Origin: Candidatus Enterousia sp. | GTDB lineage: Bacteria; Pseudomonadota; Alphaproteobacteria; Rs-D84 | NCBI GenBank assembly: GCA_045133095.1 | Contig: JBGUTP010000007.1 | Coordinates: 75,167 to 139,166, forward strand | Reading direction: 5' to 3' | Length of the DNA: 64,000 nt | In this document: piece after piece, positions 8,329 through 17,651 of the stretch | Position numbering within the stretch: position 1 is the first letter of the stretch | How the letters are laid out: each line of letters opens with the position of its first letter | Program-made: the position numbers and the translations under genes | The notes under the pieces: generated by a model | The model's database searches: none | The model's input: the letters and a program-made list of their open reading frames with translations, nothing else | Told to the model about the DNA's origin: nothing

Positions 8329-8976
8329 ATGGTAAAGAACGGCAGCAACGACGGAAATTTTATATCTGAAAATTCAATTTTCATATTGGATGATTTTTCA
8401 TCACAAAAAAGCAACGAACTTATCAGCAATCTGTCTGAAATGGTTTTGCATATACCACCTGCCCCAATATACCAAATTGGCGCGCACATTGAATCACCAT
8501 ACGCCCCAAACCCAGACGGTCGCCCTATTATCGACGTATTCATTAATTCATGTGGTGGCAACGGCACGATCCTGGATTCCATAGTTGCACTGTTGGGGAT
8601 TGCAAAATCCAAAGGCGCAATAATACGCACAACGGTACTGGGCAACGCATCCAGTTGTGGTTCCCTGTTGGCAATTATCGGCACCCATGGTTATCGCATC
8701 ATGTACAGTCAAGCCAATCACTTTATACACTTTGGCACCCACCGCACAAGCATCAAAAAAGCCGAAGAAATCGAATTGGCGGCTAAGCATATTCAAAACG
8801 ACTCACAAAACAAAATCAACATGTACTTGCAACACACAAACCTGACCGCCAAAGAATTAAAAAAGTTGCAATCAAACGAATTCGGCTATATGACGGCACA
8901 ACAATGCCTGTCCAAAGGTCTGTGCGATTGGATTATCACGGATTTTGGCGACATTATCGGACGCGGTCAACGCTAA
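8329..8976 (+). CDS. divergent ClpP-family serine peptidase paralog (S14-like)
   Basis: Aligns with the authentic ClpP at 46801-47382 (IDVFINSCGGNG... vs [12 protein letters not shown]...). The Ser-motif context is GNASSCGS rather than AASMG. His is retained (IHFG). The third triad position (Asp) is not clearly conserved. Confidence 0.6.
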   Translation: MVKNGSNDGNFISENSIFILDDFSSQKSNELISNLSEMVLHIPPAPIYQIGAHIESPYAPNPDGRPIIDVFINSCGGNGTILDSIVALLGIAKSKGAIIRTTVLGNASSCGSLLAIIGTHGYRIMYSQANHFIHFGTHRTSIKKAEEIELAAKHIQNDSQNKINMYLQHTNLTAKELKKLQSNEFGYMTAQQCLSKGLCDWIITDFGDIIGRGQR

Positions 8977-8980
8977 GAAC

Positions 8981-9007
8981 AAAAACGGGGCATTTGCCCC
9001 ATTTTTT
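8981..9007. terminator. bidirectional terminator aaaaacggggcatttgccccatttttt
   Basis: Hairpin plus T-run between convergent genes. Confidence 0.7.
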
Positions 9008-10418
9008 ATTCGTCATCTGCATCATTTTCCAAGACATCCGTGGGTGTCATATTCTGACGCGACTTCATTTTTCCCATTGCAATAACCATATCCATGGCGC
9101 GCTGCAATTGATAGTCGCGCGCATCTTTTTCTTCATCCGTCAGTTCTTCATACGGTGTTTCTTCATCATCTTCATCTTTATCATCTTTTGCCGACTTCTT
9201 TTTATCCTTTTTCTTAACCTTATCATTTTTCAGCGAATTCTTAAAGGATGCTTCGGAATACATACTTTCTCGTTTTTCCAAGACTTCCAATTTTGAATGC
9301 AACACCTCTACATCAGGCGTAATCCCTTCGTTTTGAATTGAACGTCCGCTTGGCGTATAATAGCGTGCAATTGTAATGTGAATTGCGGTACCATCCCCCA
9401 GTGGTTTTTGCTGCTGCACACTGCCTTTACCAAAAGACTGTGACCCCATAACCAAACCACGTCCATTATCCTGCAACGCCCCTGCCACAATTTCGGATGC
9501 CGATGCCGACCCATGATTTATCAAGACAACAACTGGCTTACCGCCTGTCAAATCACCTGGCGTTGCATACACACGTTCAATATCTGTCTTTTCCTTGCCG
9601 CGCGTTGACACAATCTCGCCATCTTCCAAGAACGCATCAGACACATCAATCGCCGCCGTCAAATATCCCCCCGGATTATTTCTTACGTCAACGACATAGC
9701 CAACCACATCCTTTTTTTCCAGTTTTTTTATTGCATCTTCTAAATCACGCGCGGTCGTTGCCCCAAAATCAGAAATACGCAAATAACCAATTTTTGGCGT
9801 ATCTTTGTCTTCTATATCTGCGCCATCGACAACTTTTTCTGCAAACTTTACTGATTTCACCTTAATAATTGCGCGTTTCAACGTAATTTCACGCGGTTCA
9901 CCATCATCAGACACCACCGTTAATTTTACCTTAGTCCCCGGACGTCCTTTCATTTTCTTAACCGCCTGATTCAGCGTCAAATCAAAGACTTGTTCACCAT
10001 CTATATGCGTGATATAGTCCCCTGCTTTAATTCCTGCTTTTTCCGCGGGCGTATCATCAATAGGCGAAATCACGCGCACCGCCCCCCGGTCACTGGTAAT
10101 TTGAATCCCCAAACCACCAAATTCGCCATGCGATTTATCATTAAATTCCTTGAAATCATCCGCAGACAGATACGACGAATGCGGGTCCAACACCCCCAAC
10201 ATCCCATTCATAGCGGCTTCCAGCATCTTTTTTTCATCCGCTTCTTCGACAAAGTTTTCACGTGCAACTTCGAACACCAAGGCTAATTTTTTTAACTCCT
10301 CGTAAATCTGTTCATCTGTCAAGTGAACCACCGGCTCTTCTTTTTTCTTATTCTTCGGTGCCGCATCTACAACCATTGGTGCGAACAAAGCCAATAACAC
10401 AAATAACTTTTTAAACAT
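9006..10418 (-). CDS. ctpA: carboxy-terminal processing protease (S41, PDZ domain)
   Basis: Signal peptide MFKKLFVLLALFAPMVVDAAP, a PDZ domain, an S41 catalytic region (GSASASEI) and a Lys/Asp-rich tail. Confidence 0.85.
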   Translation of the reverse strand: MFKKLFVLLALFAPMVVDAAPKNKKKEEPVVHLTDEQIYEELKKLALVFEVARENFVEEADEKKMLEAAMNGMLGVLDPHSSYLSADDFKEFNDKSHGEFGGLGIQITSDRGAVRVISPIDDTPAEKAGIKAGDYITHIDGEQVFDLTLNQAVKKMKGRPGTKVKLTVVSDDGEPREITLKRAIIKVKSVKFAEKVVDGADIEDKDTPKIGYLRISDFGATTARDLEDAIKKLEKKDVVGYVVDVRNNPGGYLTAAIDVSDAFLEDGEIVSTRGKEKTDIERVYATPGDLTGGKPVVVLINHGSASASEIVAGALQDNGRGLVMGSQSFGKGSVQQQKPLGDGTAIHITIARYYTPSGRSIQNEGITPDVEVLHSKLEVLEKRESMYSEASFKNSLKNDKVKKKDKKKSAKDDKDEDDEETPYEELTDEEKDARDYQLQRAMDMVIAMGKMKSRQNMTPTDVLENDADDE

Positions 10419-10576
10419 TTCCAATCGCCTTTCTGTTAAATCTTTTAACCAGAATAACCGAAACGCCCCCAGCATTCAACCGTAAAATTAAAAAAAAACA
10501 ACATTAAAAAAACCAAAAATCTTGACAAATATATTTTATGGGCTATATTTATAATAATAAAAACACAGGGAAACAC

Positions 10577-11302
10577 ATGACTAAACCGCCCAAACTAACA
10601 GATGTTATTGAAAAAAACAGACAGACGATAAATGAAATTCTATCTGACCCCAGCACACACACACGTCTGATTGACATGCATTGGATTCGTGACGAATTAT
10701 CGGCTGAAACCAAGATATTATTTCAATATCCGGACTATATGCCCCAAAAAGAAAAAAAGATGTATCTTGATTTTTCGAACATCAAGAACCTTGGGTTGGC
10801 ATGGGACCACATTGTCAAACACATGAACGTTAAAACTATTGACAATTATAGCATTCGCCAAATCCACACAATGCTGTGCAAAGACACCGACATCCCGGGC
10901 GGTCAATATCGCCTGTCCGAAGCGCACATTATGCAACTGGGGATAAACGCCCCAAATTATCAAGAAATGCTGTATCGCATGGACGATGTTGAATATCACA
11001 TGAAAGACAAACGTGTTCCTGTACTGAACCGCGCATTTAACATTCACTATGACATTATTGCGGCGCAACCGTTTAATGATTATAACAAGCGGACAGCACG
11101 CCTGATAATGAATTGGTTTTTAATTTCCAATGGCTATCGTCCAATATTATTTAACAAGCGCACCGACCACGACGATTATATGAAAGCCCTGCGTGCGCGC
11201 GCCAACGGCGACACAAAAACATATTCACATTATATGTATTCCTGTATGATTCGCACACAGCGCGAAATAATCAAGCGTTTACGCAAATCCAAGATACTTT
11301 AA
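10577..11302 (+). CDS. Fic/Doc-family protein with degenerate Doc-like motif QPFNDYNKR
   Basis: Fic fold markers are present: a GGQYR flap, and IHYDIIAAQPFNDYNKRTARLIMNWFLISNGYRPI aligning to HPFx(D/N)GN(G/K)R. His is replaced by Gln and the first Gly by Tyr. The Lys matches the Doc subfamily. Confidence 0.65.
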   Translation: MTKPPKLTDVIEKNRQTINEILSDPSTHTRLIDMHWIRDELSAETKILFQYPDYMPQKEKKMYLDFSNIKNLGLAWDHIVKHMNVKTIDNYSIRQIHTMLCKDTDIPGGQYRLSEAHIMQLGINAPNYQEMLYRMDDVEYHMKDKRVPVLNRAFNIHYDIIAAQPFNDYNKRTARLIMNWFLISNGYRPILFNKRTDHDDYMKALRARANGDTKTYSHYMYSCMIRTQREIIKRLRKSKIL

Positions 11303-11316
11303 CAAAACGGCACAAC

Positions 11317-12249
11317 ATGGCAGACGCACTTTCAAATCTTCTTCACGGACGCGAAACATACATTGCCGATTTTGGACCTGGCTTTGTTATGAAACGCCCC
11401 TTGCCTACAACGGGCGAAGATGGTCGTATTGCCTGGCTGAACAAACAGCATCGAACCAAGGAAATAATAGACCAAATTGCCGCTGTCGGCAATCCGCGCT
11501 ATAACATTCCAAAAATGCTGTACATCAAAGACGACGAATATCAGTTACTTGAAGAACGCGCTCCTGGCGAACATTTGACCGCCAATTTATATCGCACACT
11601 GTCACGCCGCCAACGCTACGAGATTATTGACGGCATTGCGGCATTTCTGGTTGACATGAACGAATTGCGTCCGATTGGCGACATTATCAATCACCGCATC
11701 GCAGACGACATAAAGTTCAACCGGCTGGACAACTTTATAAACACCAAAATGGACCATTGGTTCACACAAACCGAAACCCAGAACCTGGGGCGCATTCGTG
11801 ATGCCATTGGCGGATTTGAATACGAAACACGCATGGCATGGTCACATGGCGATTTAAATTCAGGCAATGTTTTATATGATTCTGCAACCAACACCCTGTC
11901 ATTTATCGACTTTGCCGAAGCCGACTATCAATTAATCTATCGTGACATTTTCTCCAAGATTCAAATTGAACTAGACATCTGGAATCAGGTTTATGAAACC
12001 TATACCCAATTGCACAACAAAGATTCCTATAACATGCCTGGCATTCGCAATCCCAACCTACGCAACATAATGAAATATCGAATCCTGGTCACCTTATTAT
12101 CACGCATTATCAAGGCGTCCGACGACCTGCGCTCCAACACAAAATCCGCCAAAGGCATTGCCAACAACGAACTCAAAGTCGCCTTTATTCGTGAACAAAT
12201 GCAAAAAATCGATTATGTCGAACGAATTTTCAAAGCCAGTACCAAATAA
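11317..12249 (+). CDS. APH/ChoK-like phosphotransferase (protein-kinase-like fold)
   Basis: Brenner motif HGDLNSGNVLYD and IDFAEADY (the DFG equivalent). Starts 15 nt after the Fic/Doc gene. Confidence 0.6.
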   Translation: MADALSNLLHGRETYIADFGPGFVMKRPLPTTGEDGRIAWLNKQHRTKEIIDQIAAVGNPRYNIPKMLYIKDDEYQLLEERAPGEHLTANLYRTLSRRQRYEIIDGIAAFLVDMNELRPIGDIINHRIADDIKFNRLDNFINTKMDHWFTQTETQNLGRIRDAIGGFEYETRMAWSHGDLNSGNVLYDSATNTLSFIDFAEADYQLIYRDIFSKIQIELDIWNQVYETYTQLHNKDSYNMPGIRNPNLRNIMKYRILVTLLSRIIKASDDLRSNTKSAKGIANNELKVAFIREQMQKIDYVERIFKASTK

Positions 12250-12252
12250 CAT

Positions 12253-12276
12253 AAAAGCCCCAATAACGGGGCTTTT
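12253..12276. terminator. bidirectional terminator aaaagccccaataacggggctttt
   Basis: Perfect hairpin between the convergent kinase and M23 genes. Confidence 0.7.
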
Positions 12277-12278
12277 AA

Positions 12279-13352
12279 TTATTCTTCTTTAAACAATCGC
12301 GCTGGATTTACCGCCTTGTCGCCACGTCTAACCTCAAGATACATTTCTGGCTTATCCGGATTCATTCTGCCAATTGGTTCCCCTGCCAAGACTTCCTGTT
12401 CCAGCATAACATCGATATTTCCTAAATTTGTCATCACAGTATTATATCCATTTTTATGCGACATAATAACCACCTTGCCAAATCCTTTGAAACTGTCTGC
12501 AAATTTGACGACACCATCCGCCGGCGCCATAACCAAGGCTTCTCCCCGCGTACGGATTCGCCACCCATCGGAATTCAACCCCAACGCAGTCTTTTCACCG
12601 AAACGCACAACCAACTTTCCCTTAACCGGCAGATTTAACTTCCTACGTGAAAAACGCGCATCACCAGACATCTTAGAACTCCCCACACCTGCCGACAATT
12701 CTGAAATACTTTTTGCGCGCGCCGACAATTCGCGCAATTTTTTCTTCAGTGCCGAATGCTGACTTTTCAGTTTTTCATTTTGCGCACTTCGTGTTTTCAA
12801 CAATTTATCCAACTGATTTTTTTCTTTTTCGTACTTTTGCGCCGTACGGTCTAACTTTTCTTTTTCTATTGCCCGCTCTTCGCGTATTTTTTCCAAATCC
12901 TTTACCTGCTTTGTGGCGCGCGCTATCTCTTCATCCAGCGTATCCGCCACCCCCGACAACACCGCCGACGTCAGTACAAACTCATTCATACCTTCGGAAT
13001 CAAAACTGGGGTGCGACGCAACAAACAGAATACTTGCCGCGGCATCTGCAATACGACCACGATTAGCATCCATTTCACGATTAATCTTATCACGTTGCGC
13101 ATCCAATTCTGCGATTTTCTTTGCCATTATTGCGCGTTGTTCTTCCAACACGCTGACTTTATCTGCCGCCTTGACCAACTGCTTTTTAGTCTTTGCCACA
13201 TCACGTTCAGACGTCTTAACCTGTTGTTCTAACTTTTTATTTTGCTGTTCTGTCTGCTTAATCTGTGCATTTATCTTAGACAACTCACTGGCCCCAAACA
13301 CGGGACCTGCGCACACAATCAACAAAGACAATGCAGCAACAATTTTTTTCAT
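12279..13352 (-). CDS. M23/LytM-family peptidase with long N-terminal coiled coil (EnvC/DipM-like murein hydrolase activator)
   Basis: Signal peptide, about 200 aa of heptad-rich KxEL repeats, then a C-terminal LytM domain (GVVKFADSF...IMSHKNGYNTVMTNLG). Confidence 0.75.
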   Translation of the reverse strand: MKKIVAALSLLIVCAGPVFGASELSKINAQIKQTEQQNKKLEQQVKTSERDVAKTKKQLVKAADKVSVLEEQRAIMAKKIAELDAQRDKINREMDANRGRIADAAASILFVASHPSFDSEGMNEFVLTSAVLSGVADTLDEEIARATKQVKDLEKIREERAIEKEKLDRTAQKYEKEKNQLDKLLKTRSAQNEKLKSQHSALKKKLRELSARAKSISELSAGVGSSKMSGDARFSRRKLNLPVKGKLVVRFGEKTALGLNSDGWRIRTRGEALVMAPADGVVKFADSFKGFGKVVIMSHKNGYNTVMTNLGNIDVMLEQEVLAGEPIGRMNPDKPEMYLEVRRGDKAVNPARLFKEE

Positions 13353-14560
13353 TATTTTTTTATCACTTTCAAGAACGTCTTTTTACCCTTTTGCACCATT
13401 ATTTCATCCACCACCGGAACAATGAACCTGGGGTCTGTGATTTTATTGCCATCGATTTGAATTCCCCCCTGTTCGACCATGCGACGCGCTTCGGACTTTG
13501 ACGGGAACAACTTTGTTGCGACCAAGAAATCCAACACTGGCATTTCGGCATTCATTTCTATTTCAATTGTTGGCATATTTTCCAGATTTGCCCCACCGCC
13601 AAACAATGCCGCCGCTGTTTCTTCGGCTTTGACCGCCGCATCACGACCATGCGCAATTTCTGTCGCGGCAAACGCCAAGACTTTTTTCGCCTGATTTAAT
13701 TCTGCCCCCTCTAACGCGGACAAACGTGAAATTTCATCCAATGGAATTTCGGTAAATATTTTCAAGAAAGTTTCCACCAAATCATCGGAAATGTTACGGA
13801 AATATTGATAATATTCATACGGCGAAGTCTTATCTTCATTTACCCACACCGCATTTCCGGCGGACTTACCGATTTTATTTCCATTTGCATCTGTAATCAG
13901 CGACGTTGACAACACGAACGCTTCTTTCCCCAATTTTTTTCGGATTAATTCAATCCCCATAATTGAATTACCCCATTGGTCTGCGCCACAGAACTGCAAC
14001 ACACAATTATACTTTTTATACAATTCCAAATAATCCACCGCCTGGAAAGTCATATAATTAAATTCCAAGAAAGTCATTCCATTATCCAAGCGACGTTTTA
14101 CAGATTCCATTGACAACATACGTGGAACAGTAAAATCGGTACCAAAATCGCGCAAGAAATCCAAATGACTGTAATTTTTCATCCAATCATAGTTATCCAC
14201 CATAATTGCACTATCATCTTCAAAATTAATAAACTTTGAAATCGACTTACGCAATCCCGCGCAATTCTTTTCAATCTGTTCATCGGTCAACATAGGCCGC
14301 CCCTTATCACGTCCGGACGGGTCACCTATACGCCCGGTTGCACCACCAACCAAAGTAATTGGACGATGCCCATATTTCTGAAACCAACGCATCAGCATCA
14401 AAGATGCCAAATGCCCAACATGTAACGAATCGCCGGTTGGGTCTGTTCCCCAATATGCCGTAATTTTCCCCGCATTCAGCGCATCATTTAACCCTTCCAT
14501 GTTTGACGCTTGATTAATAAACCCACGTGCTTCTAATTCTTGTAACAATTCGTTTTGCAT
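13352..14560 (-). CDS. tyrS: tyrosine--tRNA ligase
   Basis: HIGH motif (HVGHLAS), KMSKS-like KIGKS, and a C-terminal S4-like domain. Confidence 0.9.
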   Translation of the reverse strand: MQNELLQELEARGFINQASNMEGLNDALNAGKITAYWGTDPTGDSLHVGHLASLMLMRWFQKYGHRPITLVGGATGRIGDPSGRDKGRPMLTDEQIEKNCAGLRKSISKFINFEDDSAIMVDNYDWMKNYSHLDFLRDFGTDFTVPRMLSMESVKRRLDNGMTFLEFNYMTFQAVDYLELYKKYNCVLQFCGADQWGNSIMGIELIRKKLGKEAFVLSTSLITDANGNKIGKSAGNAVWVNEDKTSPYEYYQYFRNISDDLVETFLKIFTEIPLDEISRLSALEGAELNQAKKVLAFAATEIAHGRDAAVKAEETAAALFGGGANLENMPTIEIEMNAEMPVLDFLVATKLFPSKSEARRMVEQGGIQIDGNKITDPRFIVPVVDEIMVQKGKKTFLKVIKK

Positions 14561-14643
14561 AATAAAAAACCTTTAAGTATCGCAAAAATCATAGCACGCT
14601 TTTGCGTGCCATGCAAGGAAACGAAAAATATTTTTTGCCCCTA

Positions 14644-15294
14644 TTATTTACAATTTTCCATAATCCTATGCCTAAAGAAATAATCACGCGCCCCCTGGAC
14701 TGCAAATCTTGACATTACCTGTTGAATTAATTCAGTTTTTGAACGGAACCCCGCCACACCAATCCAACGGTTTGGAATTTTTATTAATTGTCCTGTTTGT
14801 CTATCTCGACACACCACCATTCCAACTGCACCGGTACCACGTGCATTAAACTGTGGATTTCTAATCAATATCTGATGTGCAACATCTGGAAATTGTCCTT
14901 TTTTTACCGCCATAATTGCACATGCCGCCATCTCCAGTTTTGCATATTCGCCTTCAACCGCCTTTTTAAACGCCTTTACATTAGCCGTATGATATCGCAA
15001 ATTTTCAATTTCATGTCCCAGATACGAATCCGCACTCCACACACCTGTATCACAGTTATAATACACAATATTTTTATAATTGCGCCCAAACAAGACTTTC
15101 ATCTTATCTTCATCTAACGTCCCGACCATATTGGTACGCAGATTAGATGATTTTTTACCTGCTTCATATGTACTGATTACCACGGCATTTGCGAATTTCT
15201 TTTCCGCCTCTTTTAATTGCCTTTTCAAATCCACTATTTTTGTTTTCAGCGCCCGATACTCACACGTATTCATTTCATATTTACGTTTTGCCAT
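14644..15294 (-). CDS. hypothetical protein (216 aa, N-terminal coiled coil)
   Basis: GGGGGCGGG RBS before the ATG at 15294, and its own downstream terminator hairpin (gcacgc-aaaa-gcgtgc). No family recognised. Confidence 0.5.
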   Translation of the reverse strand: MAKRKYEMNTCEYRALKTKIVDLKRQLKEAEKKFANAVVISTYEAGKKSSNLRTNMVGTLDEDKMKVLFGRNYKNIVYYNCDTGVWSADSYLGHEIENLRYHTANVKAFKKAVEGEYAKLEMAACAIMAVKKGQFPDVAHQILIRNPQFNARGTGAVGMVVCRDRQTGQLIKIPNRWIGVAGFRSKTELIQQVMSRFAVQGARDYFFRHRIMENCK

Positions 15295-15307
15295 AACCCG
15301 CCCCCAA

Positions 15308-15340
15308 TAAAAAATCCCCCATTTGGGGGATTTAATTTTT
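15308..15340. terminator. terminator aaaaaatcccccatttgggggatttaattttt
   Basis: Hairpin plus T-run downstream of tsf. Confidence 0.65.
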
Positions 15341-16208
15341 ACTTTAACATCTTAGCAACTTCATCTGCCAAATTGTCTTCACGTTTTTCGATACCTTCAC
15401 CCAGTACAAAGAACGCAAAGCCCGCCAATTTACCACCAGCTTCGGCAATAACGTCTTTTACTGTCTTGGACGGGTCCATAACGAACGCTTGTTCTTCCAA
15501 AACAGATTCGCCATAGTACTTTTTAATACGTCCTTCGACCATTTTTTCAACGATGTTTTCAGGTTTACCTGCTGTTGCGCCTGATTCAATGAACACTTTC
15601 TTTTCGCGTTCAACCGCAACCGGGTCAACATCAGCAACCGTCATAAATTCTGGTTTATTAGCCGCGATATGCATTGCAACCTTTGAACCAATTTCATCGA
15701 TTTTTGCATCACTGCCGTTAATAGCAACCGCGACACCAATCTGTCCCATACCTGGCACCAAGGCATTATGAATATATGTAAAGATTTTATCACCTTCAAC
15801 TTTGGCGATACGACGCAAATTCATATTTTCACCAATTGTTGAAATAGTTGCTGCGATATCATCTTTAACTGCATTCATTGTCGCATCAAAATCACCTTTC
15901 AGTTCTGCTGCCTTGGCTGCAACATCTGCGACCAACTTCTGGAACTTTTCATTTTTTGCAACAAAGTCTGTTTCTGCATTCAACTCAACGACACAGCCCA
16001 TATTATCGCATTTAACGACGGTCACCAACCCAGACGCAGCCACACGTCCTGCCTTAGATGCAGCCTTAACAATACCTTTTTGGCGCAACCAATCTGCGGC
16101 GGCTTCGATATCGCCATTATTTTCGACCAAGGCTTTTTTACAATCCATCATTCCTGCGGATGTTTTTTCACGCAATTCTTGAATTAATTTTGCTGTAATT
16201 TCTGCCAT
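15339..16208 (-). CDS. tsf: elongation factor Ts
   Basis: MAEITAKLIQELREKTSAGMMDCKKAL... GGGAG lies 8 nt before the ATG at 16208. Confidence 0.9.
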   Translation of the reverse strand: MAEITAKLIQELREKTSAGMMDCKKALVENNGDIEAAADWLRQKGIVKAASKAGRVAASGLVTVVKCDNMGCVVELNAETDFVAKNEKFQKLVADVAAKAAELKGDFDATMNAVKDDIAATISTIGENMNLRRIAKVEGDKIFTYIHNALVPGMGQIGVAVAINGSDAKIDEIGSKVAMHIAANKPEFMTVADVDPVAVEREKKVFIESGATAGKPENIVEKMVEGRIKKYYGESVLEEQAFVMDPSKTVKDVIAEAGGKLAGFAFFVLGEGIEKREDNLADEVAKMLK

Positions 16209-16234
16209 TGTGTAATCTCCCATACTTTTGTTAT

Positions 16235-16516
16235 TTACATTGTTTTATTTTTGACCAACTGGTACACGGCTTTTTCCAACCAGTTTTGTGTTGCCTGTGC
16301 GACATTTTTCGCCCTTAATATTGCATTATCACAATCTTTGCACAGTGGTCCAAACTTCCCAGGCGCAACCATTGCCACAAATCCCGCATCACTGTTTGAT
16401 GCCAAATCCTTGCATTTAAAGTAAACGCCCCGTTCGGCGACGCCGGCATATATTGCTATATACCTGCGCCCACCAAAAGAAGTAAACAAATGTTGTGTTT
16501 TATGTTCGTCTGACAT
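16235..16516 (-). CDS. small hypothetical protein (93 aa) inserted between rpsB and tsf
   Basis: Open frame MSDEHKTQHLFTSFGGRRYIAIYAGVAERGVYFKCKD...CKDCDNAIL. It starts 18 nt after the rpsB stop and ends 26 nt before the tsf start. Confidence 0.4.
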   Translation of the reverse strand: MSDEHKTQHLFTSFGGRRYIAIYAGVAERGVYFKCKDLASNSDAGFVAMVAPGKFGPLCKDCDNAILRAKNVAQATQNWLEKAVYQLVKNKTM

Positions 16517-16533
16517 CACACACAACCTTTGCT

Positions 16534-17385
16534 TTATTTGTCAGCCTTATCAGCCAATTTACCGCGACGTTCTGCGCGCGCTTCTGATGTTTTGGATTTC
16601 TGCTTCAATTCTTTTTCTTTGATTTCGTCTTCCAATTCATCTGCTGCATCTGCACGCATATCCGATTCAACTTTTTTCCCGGCTGCGCCGCCCAGACGTT
16701 TTTCGATACCCGACAAAATTGCATCTACGAACAGGTCGCAATACAACTGTGTTGCGCGTGCCGCGTCATCATTACCTGGCACTGGGTAATCAACCATTTC
16801 TGGATTAGCATTCGTATCACAAATTGCGATTGTTGGGATATCCAAGTTTTTCGCTTCGCGCACTGCGTTCATTTCACGTGGCACATCAATTACGACCATC
16901 GCCTGTGGAACACCGTGCATATCCAAAATACCACCAAAGATATCACGCAATTTTTCGACTTCTTTTGTCATAACGCCGACTTCTTTTTTGGTCAATCCCA
17001 ATTTTTCAGCGTTTTCGATATCTGCTTCCATCTTTTTCAAGCGGCGAATCGACTGTGAAACAGTTGTCCAGTTAGTCAACATACCACCCAACCAGCGGTT
17101 ATTCACATAGTACTGACCACAACGTTCGGCTGCATCTTTAACGATATCTTTTGCCTGATGCTTTGTTGCAACAAACAAAACTTTTCCACCTGCGGCTGCG
17201 ATTGCTTCCAATGCGACCAGCGAACGGTGCAACAAAGGTGCAGTTTTATTCAAGTTGATAATATGGATTTTATCCTTTACGCCATAAACGTATGGTGTCA
17301 TTAATGGATTCCAGCGACGTGTATGATGTCCAAAGTGAACCCCAGCTTCCATCAGCTGCTTCATTGTAAATGTTGGCAATGCCAT
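16534..17385 (-). CDS. rpsB: 30S ribosomal protein S2
   Basis: MALPTFTMKQLMEAGVHFGHHTRRWNP... with an acidic/Lys C-tail. Confidence 0.9.
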   Translation of the reverse strand: MALPTFTMKQLMEAGVHFGHHTRRWNPLMTPYVYGVKDKIHIINLNKTAPLLHRSLVALEAIAAAGGKVLFVATKHQAKDIVKDAAERCGQYYVNNRWLGGMLTNWTTVSQSIRRLKKMEADIENAEKLGLTKKEVGVMTKEVEKLRDIFGGILDMHGVPQAMVVIDVPREMNAVREAKNLDIPTIAICDTNANPEMVDYPVPGNDDAARATQLYCDLFVDAILSGIEKRLGGAAGKKVESDMRADAADELEDEIKEKELKQKSKTSEARAERRGKLADKADK

Positions 17386-17583
17386 GATTTAAGTCCTTTT
17401 TTTCTGTTATTATCCTCGCCGTTTGCACAACCCCAGACCGATGTCCAGACAGAAATTTCGCAAAACGACTGTGTTCTTCGCACCAAAGTGCGTAGCCTGA
17501 TAATACCCCCCACAACCAAAAAAATCAAGTAAAAATATAAAAAAAAGAAGAAAAATTTATTCCCAGGCAACACACGTTTATCA

Positions 17584-17611
17584 TTGACAAAGCGTTCGTT
17601 TGTACTATATT
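17584..17611 (+). promoter_or_regulatory. sigma70-like promoter TTGACA-16-TATATT
   Basis: Consensus -35, 16-nt spacer, near-consensus -10. It sits 40 nt upstream of the S8 protease start. Confidence 0.4.
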
Positions 17612-17651
17612 AAAAATGTGGGCTTGCGCCTGCAGACAACAAGGAAAACGA

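Noticed and set aside
16529-16789. 86-aa plus-strand ORF
   Set aside because: Fully antisense to rpsB; Ser/Ala-rich composition.
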